From Candidatus Woesebacteria bacterium (GTDB lineage: Bacteria; Patescibacteriota; Microgenomatia; UBA1400; PJMF01), in contig JASFHL010000004.1 in assembly GCA_050123235.1 (NCBI GenBank), forward strand, positions 40,558-104,557: a DNA stretch of 64,000 bases, in the 5' to 3' direction. Within the stretch, counting starts at the first letter, position 1. Each line of letters opens with the position of its first letter. Shown piece by piece: positions 1 to 8,731 of the stretch. The position numbers and the translations under genes are program-made. The notes below the pieces were generated by a model. It was given only the letters and a program-made list of their open reading frames with translations, made no database searches and was not told the origin of the DNA.

Positions 1-1252
1 GGACAACTGTAGGAAAGACAGTCATCACTCCATTGGGAAAAAAACTATGTAAAGTGTATTCATTAGTGCCTACACCATAACCAAAACTAGGATTACGAAC
101 TAAAACATCTATTCCTTCTTCTAACAATCTTTTTCTAATAGGAATTCCTGCTCCTTCATAAAAAGCGTTAAAACTTAGCAATACTCTTGGAATAATGACA
201 TAAGAAAGTAAAATCAAAGATAAACTTAAATAGAGCAAAAATTTTTTTCTACTAAATTTATTAATCATGAGCAAAATTTCTTTAGCATATTTTTTGAAAA
301 TAAGCAAAAAAACTAAAAAACTAGCTATCCAAATAGAGCGGCTCTGTGTCAAAACAATAATTATCAAAGCCATTAACATTACTAAAACATCTTGTTTTCT
401 TTGCTTAATCAAAACAATTGGTAAATATAAACTAAGCAAAAACAGAGTTACTAAAGCTAATTGATTATGAAAAAGTAAAGTACCAGTAACTCTATGAACT
501 GCATTGTTTTCATCTAAACCCATAGCAAAACTACCACCATGAAGACTTTCTAAAGGAATTCCAATTCCAGATTGTAAAATAAACTGCCAAATGCTAATGC
601 AAAATTGAAAAACTATCACAGCAGCAATTACTACGAATAATAGGGGAAATTTTTTTCTTTTGGCAAAAAAGATATATAAAGTGATAAAAGATGCTAGTAA
701 AATTTGCATATATTGAGATAACCAAACCAAGGAAAAATCGAGAAATGGCGAAAACTTCAATGAAGAACCTAGCGCAATTATAAAGAAAATAAACAAAGAA
801 AGAAAAACAGGCGAAACTTTTTTAAATGAAGTCAATATTTGCCAATTATTATTTTTCCAAATATCTCTCAAAACCATTAGCAAAGATAAAACCCAAAAAA
901 CATTGGAAATATTGACCCCATATCCTTGCCAATAACCATCTTTATATTGTGGCAAAAGCATATCCCATCCTCTGATTATTTCCACAGCATAGTATTTATT
1001 AGGCGTAAAAAATTGAGATGAGAAAACAGCCATCAAAAAGCTAGTTATTGAGCAATCGCGAATTTTTAGATTTAGAAAAAAAGCAGCTATGGCGAATAAC
1101 AACACAATGACTTTGAAACTGGCAAAGCCACCAAAAACTAATAATAAAGATAAAACTATTAATAATAAAACTAAATAATTAGCATCGACTTTGATAAAAG
1201 ATAAAAAAGATTGGAATTTTTTATTTTTTATTGAAAAAAAAGATGTTATCAT
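1..1252 (-). CDS. O-antigen ligase/polymerase-family (Wzy_C-like) polytopic membrane protein, C-terminus outside window
   Basis: Continuous minus-strand reading frame from ATG at ~1250-1252 to window edge (not in ORF track because no stop in window); translation is highly hydrophobic with many TM helices and a 'GYGVGT...LHSFFPNG' segment resembling the conserved periplasmic loop of WaaL/Wzy_C proteins; sits in a glycosyltransferase locus. I did not verify every codon. Confidence 0.45.
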   Translation of the reverse strand, partial: MITSFFSIKNKKFQSFLSFIKVDANYLVLLLIVLSLLLVFGGFASFKVIVLLFAIAAFFLNLKIRDCSITSFLMAVFSSQFFTPNKYYAVEIIRGWDMLLPQYKDGYWQGYGVNISNVFWVLSLLMVLRDIWKNNNWQILTSFKKVSPVFLSLFIFFIIALGSSLKFSPFLDFSLVWLSQYMQILLASFITLYIFFAKRKKFPLLFVVIAAVIVFQFCISIWQFILQSGIGIPLESLHGGSFAMGLDENNAVHRVTGTLLFHNQLALVTLFLLSLYLPIVLIKQRKQDVLVMLMALIIIVLTQSRSIWIASFLVFLLIFKKYAKEILLMINKFSRKKFLLYLSLSLILLSYVIIPRVLLSFNAFYEGAGIPIRKRLLEEGIDVLVRNPSFGYGVGTNEYTLHSFFPNGVMTVFPTVV

Positions 1253-1286
1253 GTTTTGCAATTGTATTATATTTGTATTATTTTAA

Positions 1287-1471
1287 CAGTTAGGCTTTGT
1301 TCTTGTTAAAAAGTAGAACTTATGTTCAGTAAACTAATATTCTAAAAGTGAACCCTTGACGTTAGCCAGAGTTTCTGCGAAGCAGAAGAACATTCTGGCG
1401 AGAGTGGGTGAGTCTTTAGAATATTAGTTTACCAAACATATAAATAATTTAATCAACAAGAATAAAGCCTA
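1287..1471. repeat. ~185-bp nested palindromic element (outer 23-bp IR, inner 18-bp IR, GC-richer ~70-bp core) in divergent promoter region; distant relative of the MITE-like family
   Basis: aacagttaggctttgttcttgtt/aacaagaataaagcctaactgtt and gtaaactaatattctaaa/tttagaatattagtttac; core contains internal hairpins (gccagag..attctggc; ttctgc gaa gcagaa) and 'ttagccagag', '...gtgagtcttta' resembling family core. Confidence 0.6.
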
Positions 1472-1480
1472 ACTGTTAGA

Positions 1481-2680
1481 ATGAAAGCAAATAAAAAAAC
1501 AATTATCATCCCCTTCCAGATGCCTTGGGATTGGTCAGCGGATTATCAAAAGCAAACTTGTTTTGTCTTAGCGAAAAAACATCAGGTAATTGCATTCATG
1601 TATCTTGATGCTGTTTTTTTTCTAAAAAAATTTTTTCAGAAAGAAAAAAAATATCCTCAGCTTCCAAACATCAACTTTTATCAACCCTCATATTTTTTAC
1701 CCTTTCGCCGCCTTGCTCTCATAAACAAAATTAATCAAATTATCAATCTCAAAATTATTGCCTGGAAATACAATCAGGCTCAAAACCTGCTCCACTCATG
1801 GCTCAAAAATATTTTTAGCTTTGAGCAAAAACGAAAAAACGGAAAAGAAAAAAACTTGATTCTCTGGATTTTTGACCCTTCATTTTACTTTTATCCAAAA
1901 ACTCTCAAAGCTACTTCTATCTATGACTGTGTGGACTATCAATGGCGCATCAATGAAGCTGAAAAAAAACAAGTTCAAGCAATGGAAAAAAAATTAATTG
2001 ACAATGTTGACTATTTTCTTGTTAATTCCAAAGCCCTGCAAAAAATCCATCAAAAACAACGAGTAGCTGACTTACTAGTACCACAGGGTTTTCGTTCTGA
2101 TGATTTTCAAAAAGCAAAAGCCGCTAAATCGCTCCCAAAGAACAAACCATTAATAGGCTTTGTAGGAGCCTTAGGCTATCGCCTAGATTATCCGCTACTT
2201 TTTTCTCTCATTGAGAACAACCCCCAGTGGAACTTTGTACTTTGGGGGCCAAAACAAATTGAAAAAAATCTCAAAGCAGATGAGACAGCCAAAAACTTAA
2301 AAAAATTACTTCAGTATGAAAATGTAATCTCTGGCGAAAATAAAAACAGAAAAAAAATTCCTAGTATTATCAAACAATTTGACGTTTGTATGATTCCTTA
2401 CAATCCAAATTATGATTTCAATCGCTACTGCTATCCGATGAAGTTATTTGAATACTTTTACTTAGGCAAGCCAGTAATCTCTACAGAAATTGAAGAACTT
2501 AAATATTTTCCTAAATATGTGAAAATTAGCAATCAAGCTGCTGAATGGGAAAAGCATATTTGTCAGCTACTAAAAAAACCTTGGCAAAAAAAATATCAAC
2601 AGGAACAAAAACAGCTAGCAATAGAAAACAGTTGGGAGAAAAAGGTTGAGATGATTTTAAAATTAATTGCTCGCAGATAA
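1481..2680 (+). CDS. glycosyltransferase, GT1/GT4-like (C-terminal E-x7-E type motif 'PMKLFEYFYLGKPVIS')
   Basis: ORF track protein; C-terminal Rossmann-type GT-B motifs; genomic context. Confidence 0.55.
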   Translation: MKANKKTIIIPFQMPWDWSADYQKQTCFVLAKKHQVIAFMYLDAVFFLKKFFQKEKKYPQLPNINFYQPSYFLPFRRLALINKINQIINLKIIAWKYNQAQNLLHSWLKNIFSFEQKRKNGKEKNLILWIFDPSFYFYPKTLKATSIYDCVDYQWRINEAEKKQVQAMEKKLIDNVDYFLVNSKALQKIHQKQRVADLLVPQGFRSDDFQKAKAAKSLPKNKPLIGFVGALGYRLDYPLLFSLIENNPQWNFVLWGPKQIEKNLKADETAKNLKKLLQYENVISGENKNRKKIPSIIKQFDVCMIPYNPNYDFNRYCYPMKLFEYFYLGKPVISTEIEELKYFPKYVKISNQAAEWEKHICQLLKKPWQKKYQQEQKQLAIENSWEKKVEMILKLIARR

Positions 2681-2734
2681 GCACTGTATAATTAAGCCAG
2701 AAAAAACTATTAAAGCCTGTTAAAATCAATTTTC

Positions 2735-3712
2735 ATGAACTCAAAAATATTTATCGTTATCCCTACCATCCGCAATCTTGATTTTTTGAAAAAATGGAAG
2801 CAGCAATTCCAAAATGTCTCTATTATTATCTGTGAGGATCGTCCTCAAAAAACTATTAAAATTCCTAAAGTAGGAAAAAAAACTTATCATTATTCATGGC
2901 AAGAAATAGACAATGACTTAGGCAAAGATTCATGGATTGTACCCAGAAAAGTCTCTGGCATTCGTAATTATGGTTTTCTTAAAGCTTATCAAATGGGAGC
3001 TAAGATCATCATCACTATTGACGATGATTGTTATCCTGTTAAAGGGCACAAGTTGGTGGATCTGCACTCTCAAAATCTCCAACTTAAAGCTCCAGCAAAA
3101 TGGACCAATACTTACCCAGATGCCCGCCATCTCTATACCCGTGGCATGCCCTACCTAAATAGAGATGAACAGCCAGTGATGCTCAGTCATGGCTTATGGA
3201 CTCGTGTTTTAGATCATGATGGAGCTACTCATTTACAAAACTTAAAATTCAGAGCTAAATTTGCTGAACACTTCTTACAAATTATTCCCAGTGGGGCTTA
3301 TTTCCCAATGTGTTCTATGAATCTAGCTTTTAGAAGAGAAATAACAGCCTTGATGTATTTTCCCTTGATGGCTGAGGATAAAGAAGGTAAACAATGGGGA
3401 TATAATCGCTTTGATGATATTTGGGCAGGCATTTTTGCCAAAAAAATCATGGATCATTTAGGCTATGCTGTTGTCAATGGAGCGCCTTTTGTTAAACATA
3501 AAAAAGCATCTGATCCTTTTAAAAATCTGCAAAAAGAAGCCAAAGGTATTGAAACGAATGAGAAATTATGGAGAGCAGTAGATGAAGTAAAATTGACTAA
3601 AAAAACTACAGCAAGCTGTTATATTGAGCTGGCAAAAAAAACAAAATTCCCTAAGGAAAGATATTTTGAAAAACTAAGAGAGGCAATGCTGATTTGGGGA
3701 GAAATCTTATAA
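2735..3712 (+). CDS. reversibly glycosylated polypeptide / UDP-L-arabinopyranose mutase homolog (GT75 family)
   Basis: Near-diagnostic motif series shared with plant RGP/UAM: 'IVIPTIRNLDFL', 'DDDCY', 'FPMCSMNLAF', 'FDDIWAG', 'HKKASDPFKNLQKEAKGI' (recalled from plant RGP1, which has IVIPTIRNLDFL, DDDCF, FPMCGMNLAF, YDDMWAG, HSKASNPFVNLKKEYKGI). Confidence 0.75.
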   Translation: MNSKIFIVIPTIRNLDFLKKWKQQFQNVSIIICEDRPQKTIKIPKVGKKTYHYSWQEIDNDLGKDSWIVPRKVSGIRNYGFLKAYQMGAKIIITIDDDCYPVKGHKLVDLHSQNLQLKAPAKWTNTYPDARHLYTRGMPYLNRDEQPVMLSHGLWTRVLDHDGATHLQNLKFRAKFAEHFLQIIPSGAYFPMCSMNLAFRREITALMYFPLMAEDKEGKQWGYNRFDDIWAGIFAKKIMDHLGYAVVNGAPFVKHKKASDPFKNLQKEAKGIETNEKLWRAVDEVKLTKKTTASCYIELAKKTKFPKERYFEKLREAMLIWGEIL

Positions 3713-4933
3713 ATATTTTGTCAAAGATTTCAAAAAAGCTTTCTGGCTGTAACTCTTCTTTAATAAAGCACAATTTTTTTTAATCAATTGTTTTTTCTTA
3801 TTAGTGAGCATGGTATACCATTTGATTTTTTTAGCTAATGACTTAATTGATAAGCTATTAACAATCAAATCATCATTTACTCTTCCTAACAATTCAGGGG
3901 TTGCACCAGATCTAAAACCTAATACAGGAGTATTCAAAATCAAAGATTCTAGAGTAGTAAGTCCCAAGGTTTCATATTGAGCTGAAGGAAGAATTGTTAA
4001 ATCAGCAAGTTTAAAATACTTTAAGACATCATCATGTTTAATAGCGCCTAAAAAGAATACATTTTTATATAAAGAATGTCTGAAATAATAATCCCACAGA
4101 GAAAAATAATATTCTATTCTATCACTTGGACCTAGAATAAAGACTTTTATGTTAATCGTATTTTTAATCTCATTAAAAAACTTGATCGCCTTTAATAATA
4201 GATGGACTCCCTTCCTCGGCTCTAATCTAGAACCAATCACAATTAAAAAATCTTTATTAGATACAGAAATATCTTTTCTAGTAATGCTTTTTAATTTATC
4301 CTCATCTATAAAAATAGGGGGATTAATTTTTTCTATATTGTGACTTGAAAGTTTGAAATAATTTATCAGTATTTGTTTAGAAAAATCACTAAAGACAAAA
4401 ATTAAATCTACCTTTTTTAAAATAATTTTTTGCAAATGAAAGAAAAACACATTAGCAAGCTTAAATCTGATTCTTGCAAGCAATTTCCATTGTCTTAAAT
4501 CTTTTTTGGAATACAGGCTTTCTCTCTCTAAAGTTAAGGCGCCATGGAAAAAAAACATTACTTTAAGTTTTTTACTAATAGAACTAAGCAAAAAACCCAA
4601 ACCTGAAGACGTTAAGTTGAGGAAAATATAATCAATTTCATGCTTTGACAGAATTTTTGTTATTAATTTCTTTGTGTTTAGAGCTATAGTAAAACATGTT
4701 TTCAAATAAGATTTGCTTGGCTTTAAATTGTAAAAATAAACTTTTTCACAGGAATTTCTAGCCTGTTTTAGTAAAGGTCGATTTAAACTACTTTTAAAAA
4801 TTCCTGTTAATAAAAAAACATTAGCTTCATGGGACAATGCCTTCAGCATATTAAGATTAACTCTAGTCCCGCCTCCTAACTCCAAAAAATCAAAAATAAT
4901 TAGTATGTTTTTTCCTTGCAATGATTTTTTCAT
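3707..4933 (-). CDS. glycosyltransferase family 4 (GT-B, retaining)
   Basis: 'EPRKGVHLLLKA...LTILPSAQYETLGLTTLESLILNTPVLG' typical GT4 C-terminal domain. Confidence 0.7.
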   Translation of the reverse strand: MKKSLQGKNILIIFDFLELGGGTRVNLNMLKALSHEANVFLLTGIFKSSLNRPLLKQARNSCEKVYFYNLKPSKSYLKTCFTIALNTKKLITKILSKHEIDYIFLNLTSSGLGFLLSSISKKLKVMFFFHGALTLERESLYSKKDLRQWKLLARIRFKLANVFFFHLQKIILKKVDLIFVFSDFSKQILINYFKLSSHNIEKINPPIFIDEDKLKSITRKDISVSNKDFLIVIGSRLEPRKGVHLLLKAIKFFNEIKNTINIKVFILGPSDRIEYYFSLWDYYFRHSLYKNVFFLGAIKHDDVLKYFKLADLTILPSAQYETLGLTTLESLILNTPVLGFRSGATPELLGRVNDDLIVNSLSIKSLAKKIKWYTMLTNKKKQLIKKNCALLKKSYSQKAFLKSLTKYL

Positions 4934-6092
4934 AAAACTCTATACTTTTTTGAGCTGTTTCTTTTAAATTATATCTAGATGAAACAGTTTGAAAAGCGGC
5001 TTCTCCTATTTTTTTACGTAACTCACTACTTGATAATAAAAGACTAATTTTATCAACTGAATCCTTGATATCGTTTTTTTTAATTAACAAACCTGTTTTT
5101 TTGTGTTCAATAATATTTGCTATACCACCCACTTTACTAGCAACTACAGCCTTCTTAAGACTCATAGCTTCAATAATAGTTAAACCAAAGGATTCATATA
5201 ATGATGGAAAAATACAGACATCAGCTAATCGGTATAGTTTTTCCAAAAGATTTCGATCGCCAACATATCCCAGAAAGTGAACCTTCAATAAATCTTCAAC
5301 AGAGAAATGCTGATGTACAAAGTTCTTAAGTCCCAAGTTATCTTCACCAACAATTATAAAATTGGTGAAAGGATGTTTTTTTAGAATATATTTGATTGAT
5401 TTTAAAAAAACAAATATCCCTTTTCTCTTTTCCAATCTACCAAGAAAGAGAACATTTAAATTTTTTTCCTCAGAGGATGCGAGAATTGAATGCTGCTGTT
5501 TTTCCTTTGGTATCTTAATACCTATAGGAAGAATTTTAATTTTTTTATTTTTTAATTTATATATCCTTTTGCAAAAGCTGGCATGTTTGATGGTACTGCT
5601 TGTTAAGACAGTATCTTTACAAGAAACAAAAATTTTTTCCATTGTTGATATTAATCTGGCTGATAAACTATCGTCTTCTTCTATTTGGTATAAGGTTTTA
5701 CTAACAGTATGCAATCTGACCACAATAGGGATATTTAAGAAACCGTTAAAAAATAAAGTAAATATCGAACCTTCAGCCTCCCAATTAGGAAACTCTATCA
5801 GTGAAATTCCTTGTTGTAAATGAATGTAGATTAAATAAAAAGCGATCTGAAAATTATGTATAAAAAATTTTAAAAATCTTTTATTTAGAAAACCAGATTT
5901 AGGAAGCCACCCAAGCGAGTAAATAAAAATATTCCCCCTTTGAAAATGACCCTTCTGTTGCGATCTGGTTAGAATTATAATTTTATTCTTTTTGCTAATT
6001 TCTTTTGCCAGATTTTCAATATAAATTCCTATACCTGAATTTTTTTTATTAGTTAAAATAGGGTAATTCTTATAAACAAAACAAATATTCAT
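4890..6092 (-). CDS. glycosyltransferase family 4
   Basis: 'LGRLEKRKGIFVFL...CIFPSLYESFGLTIIEAMSLKKAVVASKVGG' GT4 motifs; overlaps the downstream GT4 by 44 nt (operon). Confidence 0.7.
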   Translation of the reverse strand: MNICFVYKNYPILTNKKNSGIGIYIENLAKEISKKNKIIILTRSQQKGHFQRGNIFIYSLGWLPKSGFLNKRFLKFFIHNFQIAFYLIYIHLQQGISLIEFPNWEAEGSIFTLFFNGFLNIPIVVRLHTVSKTLYQIEEDDSLSARLISTMEKIFVSCKDTVLTSSTIKHASFCKRIYKLKNKKIKILPIGIKIPKEKQQHSILASSEEKNLNVLFLGRLEKRKGIFVFLKSIKYILKKHPFTNFIIVGEDNLGLKNFVHQHFSVEDLLKVHFLGYVGDRNLLEKLYRLADVCIFPSLYESFGLTIIEAMSLKKAVVASKVGGIANIIEHKKTGLLIKKNDIKDSVDKISLLLSSSELRKKIGEAAFQTVSSRYNLKETAQKSIEFYEKIIARKKHTNYF

Positions 6093-6134
6093 ATCTTGAT
6101 GCTATATAAAAAATATCATATATAATAAGACCTC

Positions 6135-7058
6135 ATGGCTAAAATCTCTGTCGTCGTCTGCACGTATAATAGGAGCCCCCAAATTAATTTCTTCCTAAAA
6201 TACTTTTTACAACAAAAATTCACAAACTATGAATTGCTTATTATAGACCAAAGTACTAATAATAAAACAAAAAAAACTATAAAAAAATATCAAAATAGAC
6301 TAACAATTATTTATCATAGACTAAAGAAAAAAGGAATATCACTAGCTCGTAATTTTGCTATCAAAAAGGCTAAAGGCGAAATCATAGCTTTTACTGATGA
6401 CGATTGTATTGCTGATAAAAATTGGTTAAAGCAGATAAATCAGTCTTTCAAAAAATATAAAAACATCAACCTTATTTTTGGACAAACCTTACCTTTTCGG
6501 CCAGAAAAAAATAAAGGTTTAATCTGTCCTAGTATATTTACAAAAAAAACTATAAAAATTATCCAGCAACCTTGTGTTCATTATAAAAATATTGGCTTTG
6601 GTAACAATATGGCCTTCAGAAAAAAAATTTTTAATCAGATAGGAGTTTTTAAAACATGGTTAGGAATTGGAAGTATTGGTAAATCCGCAGATGATGCAGA
6701 GCTTGCTATCCGAGCATTAATTAAAGGCAACAAAATTTTGTACAAGCCAGATATTAAAATTTACCACAACCGTTGGCTAACAATAAAACAATATAAAAAT
6801 TTAGAACTGACTTATAACTGCGGAGAAATGGCATGCTATGGATACTTTGCTTTTCAAAAATACAATTTTGCTAATAAATTAGTCAAAGACAATTTGATGC
6901 ATTTTTTAAGAAACTGCCAACAAACTGTTATTTCAGTATTCAAATTTAAAAAAAATAGCTTTGTTAATTTCAGGGATCTGACAAAAGAATTTATATTTAA
7001 ATTAAAAGGTATAATAATAGCTTTTTATTTTTATCAATTTGATCCTTTAGTGAGATGA
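6135..7058 (+). CDS. glycosyltransferase family 2
   Basis: 'ISVVVCTYNR...' N-terminal GT-A fold, DxD-like 'FTDDDCIADKNWL'. Confidence 0.7.
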   Translation: MAKISVVVCTYNRSPQINFFLKYFLQQKFTNYELLIIDQSTNNKTKKTIKKYQNRLTIIYHRLKKKGISLARNFAIKKAKGEIIAFTDDDCIADKNWLKQINQSFKKYKNINLIFGQTLPFRPEKNKGLICPSIFTKKTIKIIQQPCVHYKNIGFGNNMAFRKKIFNQIGVFKTWLGIGSIGKSADDAELAIRALIKGNKILYKPDIKIYHNRWLTIKQYKNLELTYNCGEMACYGYFAFQKYNFANKLVKDNLMHFLRNCQQTVISVFKFKKNSFVNFRDLTKEFIFKLKGIIIAFYFYQFDPLVR

Positions 7059-7108
7059 AAAAATTAACAAAATTTATTCAATTAAGGAATCTAGATATAT
7101 CCTTCAAA

Positions 7109-7834
7109 CTATTTTAAATAATAACTCTTCAAAATATCTTTCTTACCATCTCTCTTCACCTTCCCCTTTTCCAACCACAAAATCCGTTCACAATTCTTTT
7201 TTAAAAACTCCAACCAGTGACTGACGATCACAATTGTCTTTTTCTTCTCAAAAAACTCATCGATTTTTTCTTCTGTTTTTATTCTGAATCTTTCATCACC
7301 TACAGCTACATTTTCATCTAAGACTAGAATATCAGGATCAGAATGCACTGCCACTGCAAATCCCAACCTCAAAGTCATGCCCGCAGAATAAGTATATAGC
7401 GGAGCATCGATAAACTGACCAATGTCTGCGAACTCAACAATTTTTTTAAACTTCTGTTTAATTTCTTTTTTGCTCATCCCTATTACCAGGCCATTCAAAA
7501 AAATATTTTCCTCACCTGTTAAATCAGGATGAAAGCCAGCTGATAAATCTATGAGTGATACGATTTTACCATTGGTTTTAACTTTACCTCTGCTTGGGGT
7601 AGTAATGCCAGTAATAATTTTTAGTAATGTAGTTTTACCAGAGCCATTTGCTCCAATGATACCAACTTTCTCTCCTTGATAAATTTTTAGATCAATTTTA
7701 TTTAGAGCTTTAAATTTTTCTTTACGACGACGACGGATAATGTTTTCAGCAAAGGTGGGTTTCTCATGGTGAAGAGTATAAATTTTAGTAATTTTTTGAA
7801 GTGAAACTGCCAATTTTCTTTTTTTCATGCACAT
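7109..7834 (-). CDS. ABC transporter ATP-binding protein, polysaccharide/teichoic-acid export type (Wzt/TagH/KpsT-like)
   Basis: Walker A 'GANGSGKTT', signature 'YSAGMTLRLGF', Walker B 'ILVLDE'; paired with ABC-2 permease. Confidence 0.8.
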   Translation of the reverse strand: MCMKKRKLAVSLQKITKIYTLHHEKPTFAENIIRRRRKEKFKALNKIDLKIYQGEKVGIIGANGSGKTTLLKIITGITTPSRGKVKTNGKIVSLIDLSAGFHPDLTGEENIFLNGLVIGMSKKEIKQKFKKIVEFADIGQFIDAPLYTYSAGMTLRLGFAVAVHSDPDILVLDENVAVGDERFRIKTEEKIDEFFEKKKTIVIVSHWLEFLKKNCERILWLEKGKVKRDGKKDILKSYYLK

Positions 7835-7876
7835 TGGATGGTAAATCAGGAGAGATAATCTGACAAGACGAGAACT

Positions 7877-8656
7877 TTACAACCAATCATCAAAATTAGG
7901 ACTTTCTCTGCGAAAAACAAAAATTGCTAACATCGCTAAAATTAGCGTACTCAACAAGCTGATCATTAAATAAAAAGTCTGCGGGGCAGGCAAAGCTAGA
8001 ATTGAAAAACGGCTAGCCTCGATTAAGGCTGTCATTGGATTAAGGTAAAACAAGAAGTGTAATGATTTTGGAATTAAATCAAGAGTATAAACCACTGGAG
8101 TGGCATAAAACCACAGCGGCATGATTGCTTTGACTACAAAATTAACATCCCGGAATCGAACATTTAAACTAGAGAAAAAAAGCGACAAAGCACTAGTTAA
8201 AACAATTAGCCAAATTAAAATTAGAGGCAAGAAAATTAATCGCGAAAAATTCATTTTTCCTAAAATTAAGACTACTATTAATAATAGTACAAGAGAAATT
8301 AAAAGATGAAATAAATTGGAAAGAACTATTGATAAAGTAATTGCTTCCCGAGGCAGCTTAGCTTTTTGAATTAAAGTTCTTTCAAAAACATAAATTGGGG
8401 TGCTTTTCATCACTGTCATCGAGAAAAAGTTCCAGGGCAGTAGGCCAACAAATAAAAATAAAAAGTAATTATCAATTTTGACTGGTATAAAAAATTGAAA
8501 CACAAAACCAATTACTAACATTTGCAAAAGTGGATTCAAAATTACCCATAAAAAGCCTAAAATTGCATGCTTGTAACGAGCTTTGATTTCTTTTTCAGTG
8601 AGGCTTAATAAAAACTCTAACCAATAATGAAAGTATCTTTTTGAAATTATTTTCAC
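7877..8656 (-). CDS. ABC-2 type transporter permease (Wzm/TagG-like)
   Basis: ~260 aa, 6 predicted TM helices, immediately upstream of Wzt-like ATPase. Confidence 0.7.
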   Translation of the reverse strand: MKIISKRYFHYWLEFLLSLTEKEIKARYKHAILGFLWVILNPLLQMLVIGFVFQFFIPVKIDNYFLFLFVGLLPWNFFSMTVMKSTPIYVFERTLIQKAKLPREAITLSIVLSNLFHLLISLVLLLIVVLILGKMNFSRLIFLPLILIWLIVLTSALSLFFSSLNVRFRDVNFVVKAIMPLWFYATPVVYTLDLIPKSLHFLFYLNPMTALIEASRFSILALPAPQTFYLMISLLSTLILAMLAIFVFRRESPNFDDWL

Positions 8657-8731
8657 AGCACTGAGCAGTATACCTCAAAACTCCCTATTGACGCCTATTA
8701 AAAAATATCTGTATTCTAGATATGTACTATT

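Noticed and set aside
267-464. 65-aa plus-strand ORF inside the Wzy_C-like gene region
   Set aside because: Lys/Ile-rich low-complexity translation of the antisense strand of a long, coherent minus-strand membrane-protein ORF. Typical AT-rich spurious ORF.
5362-5823. 153-aa plus-strand ORF antisense to GT4 gene (also 2526-2729, 2930-3158, 4149-4343, 5065-5280, 8121-8309)
   Set aside because: All are embedded antisense or out-of-frame within glycosyltransferase or ABC genes whose own frames carry clear family motifs.
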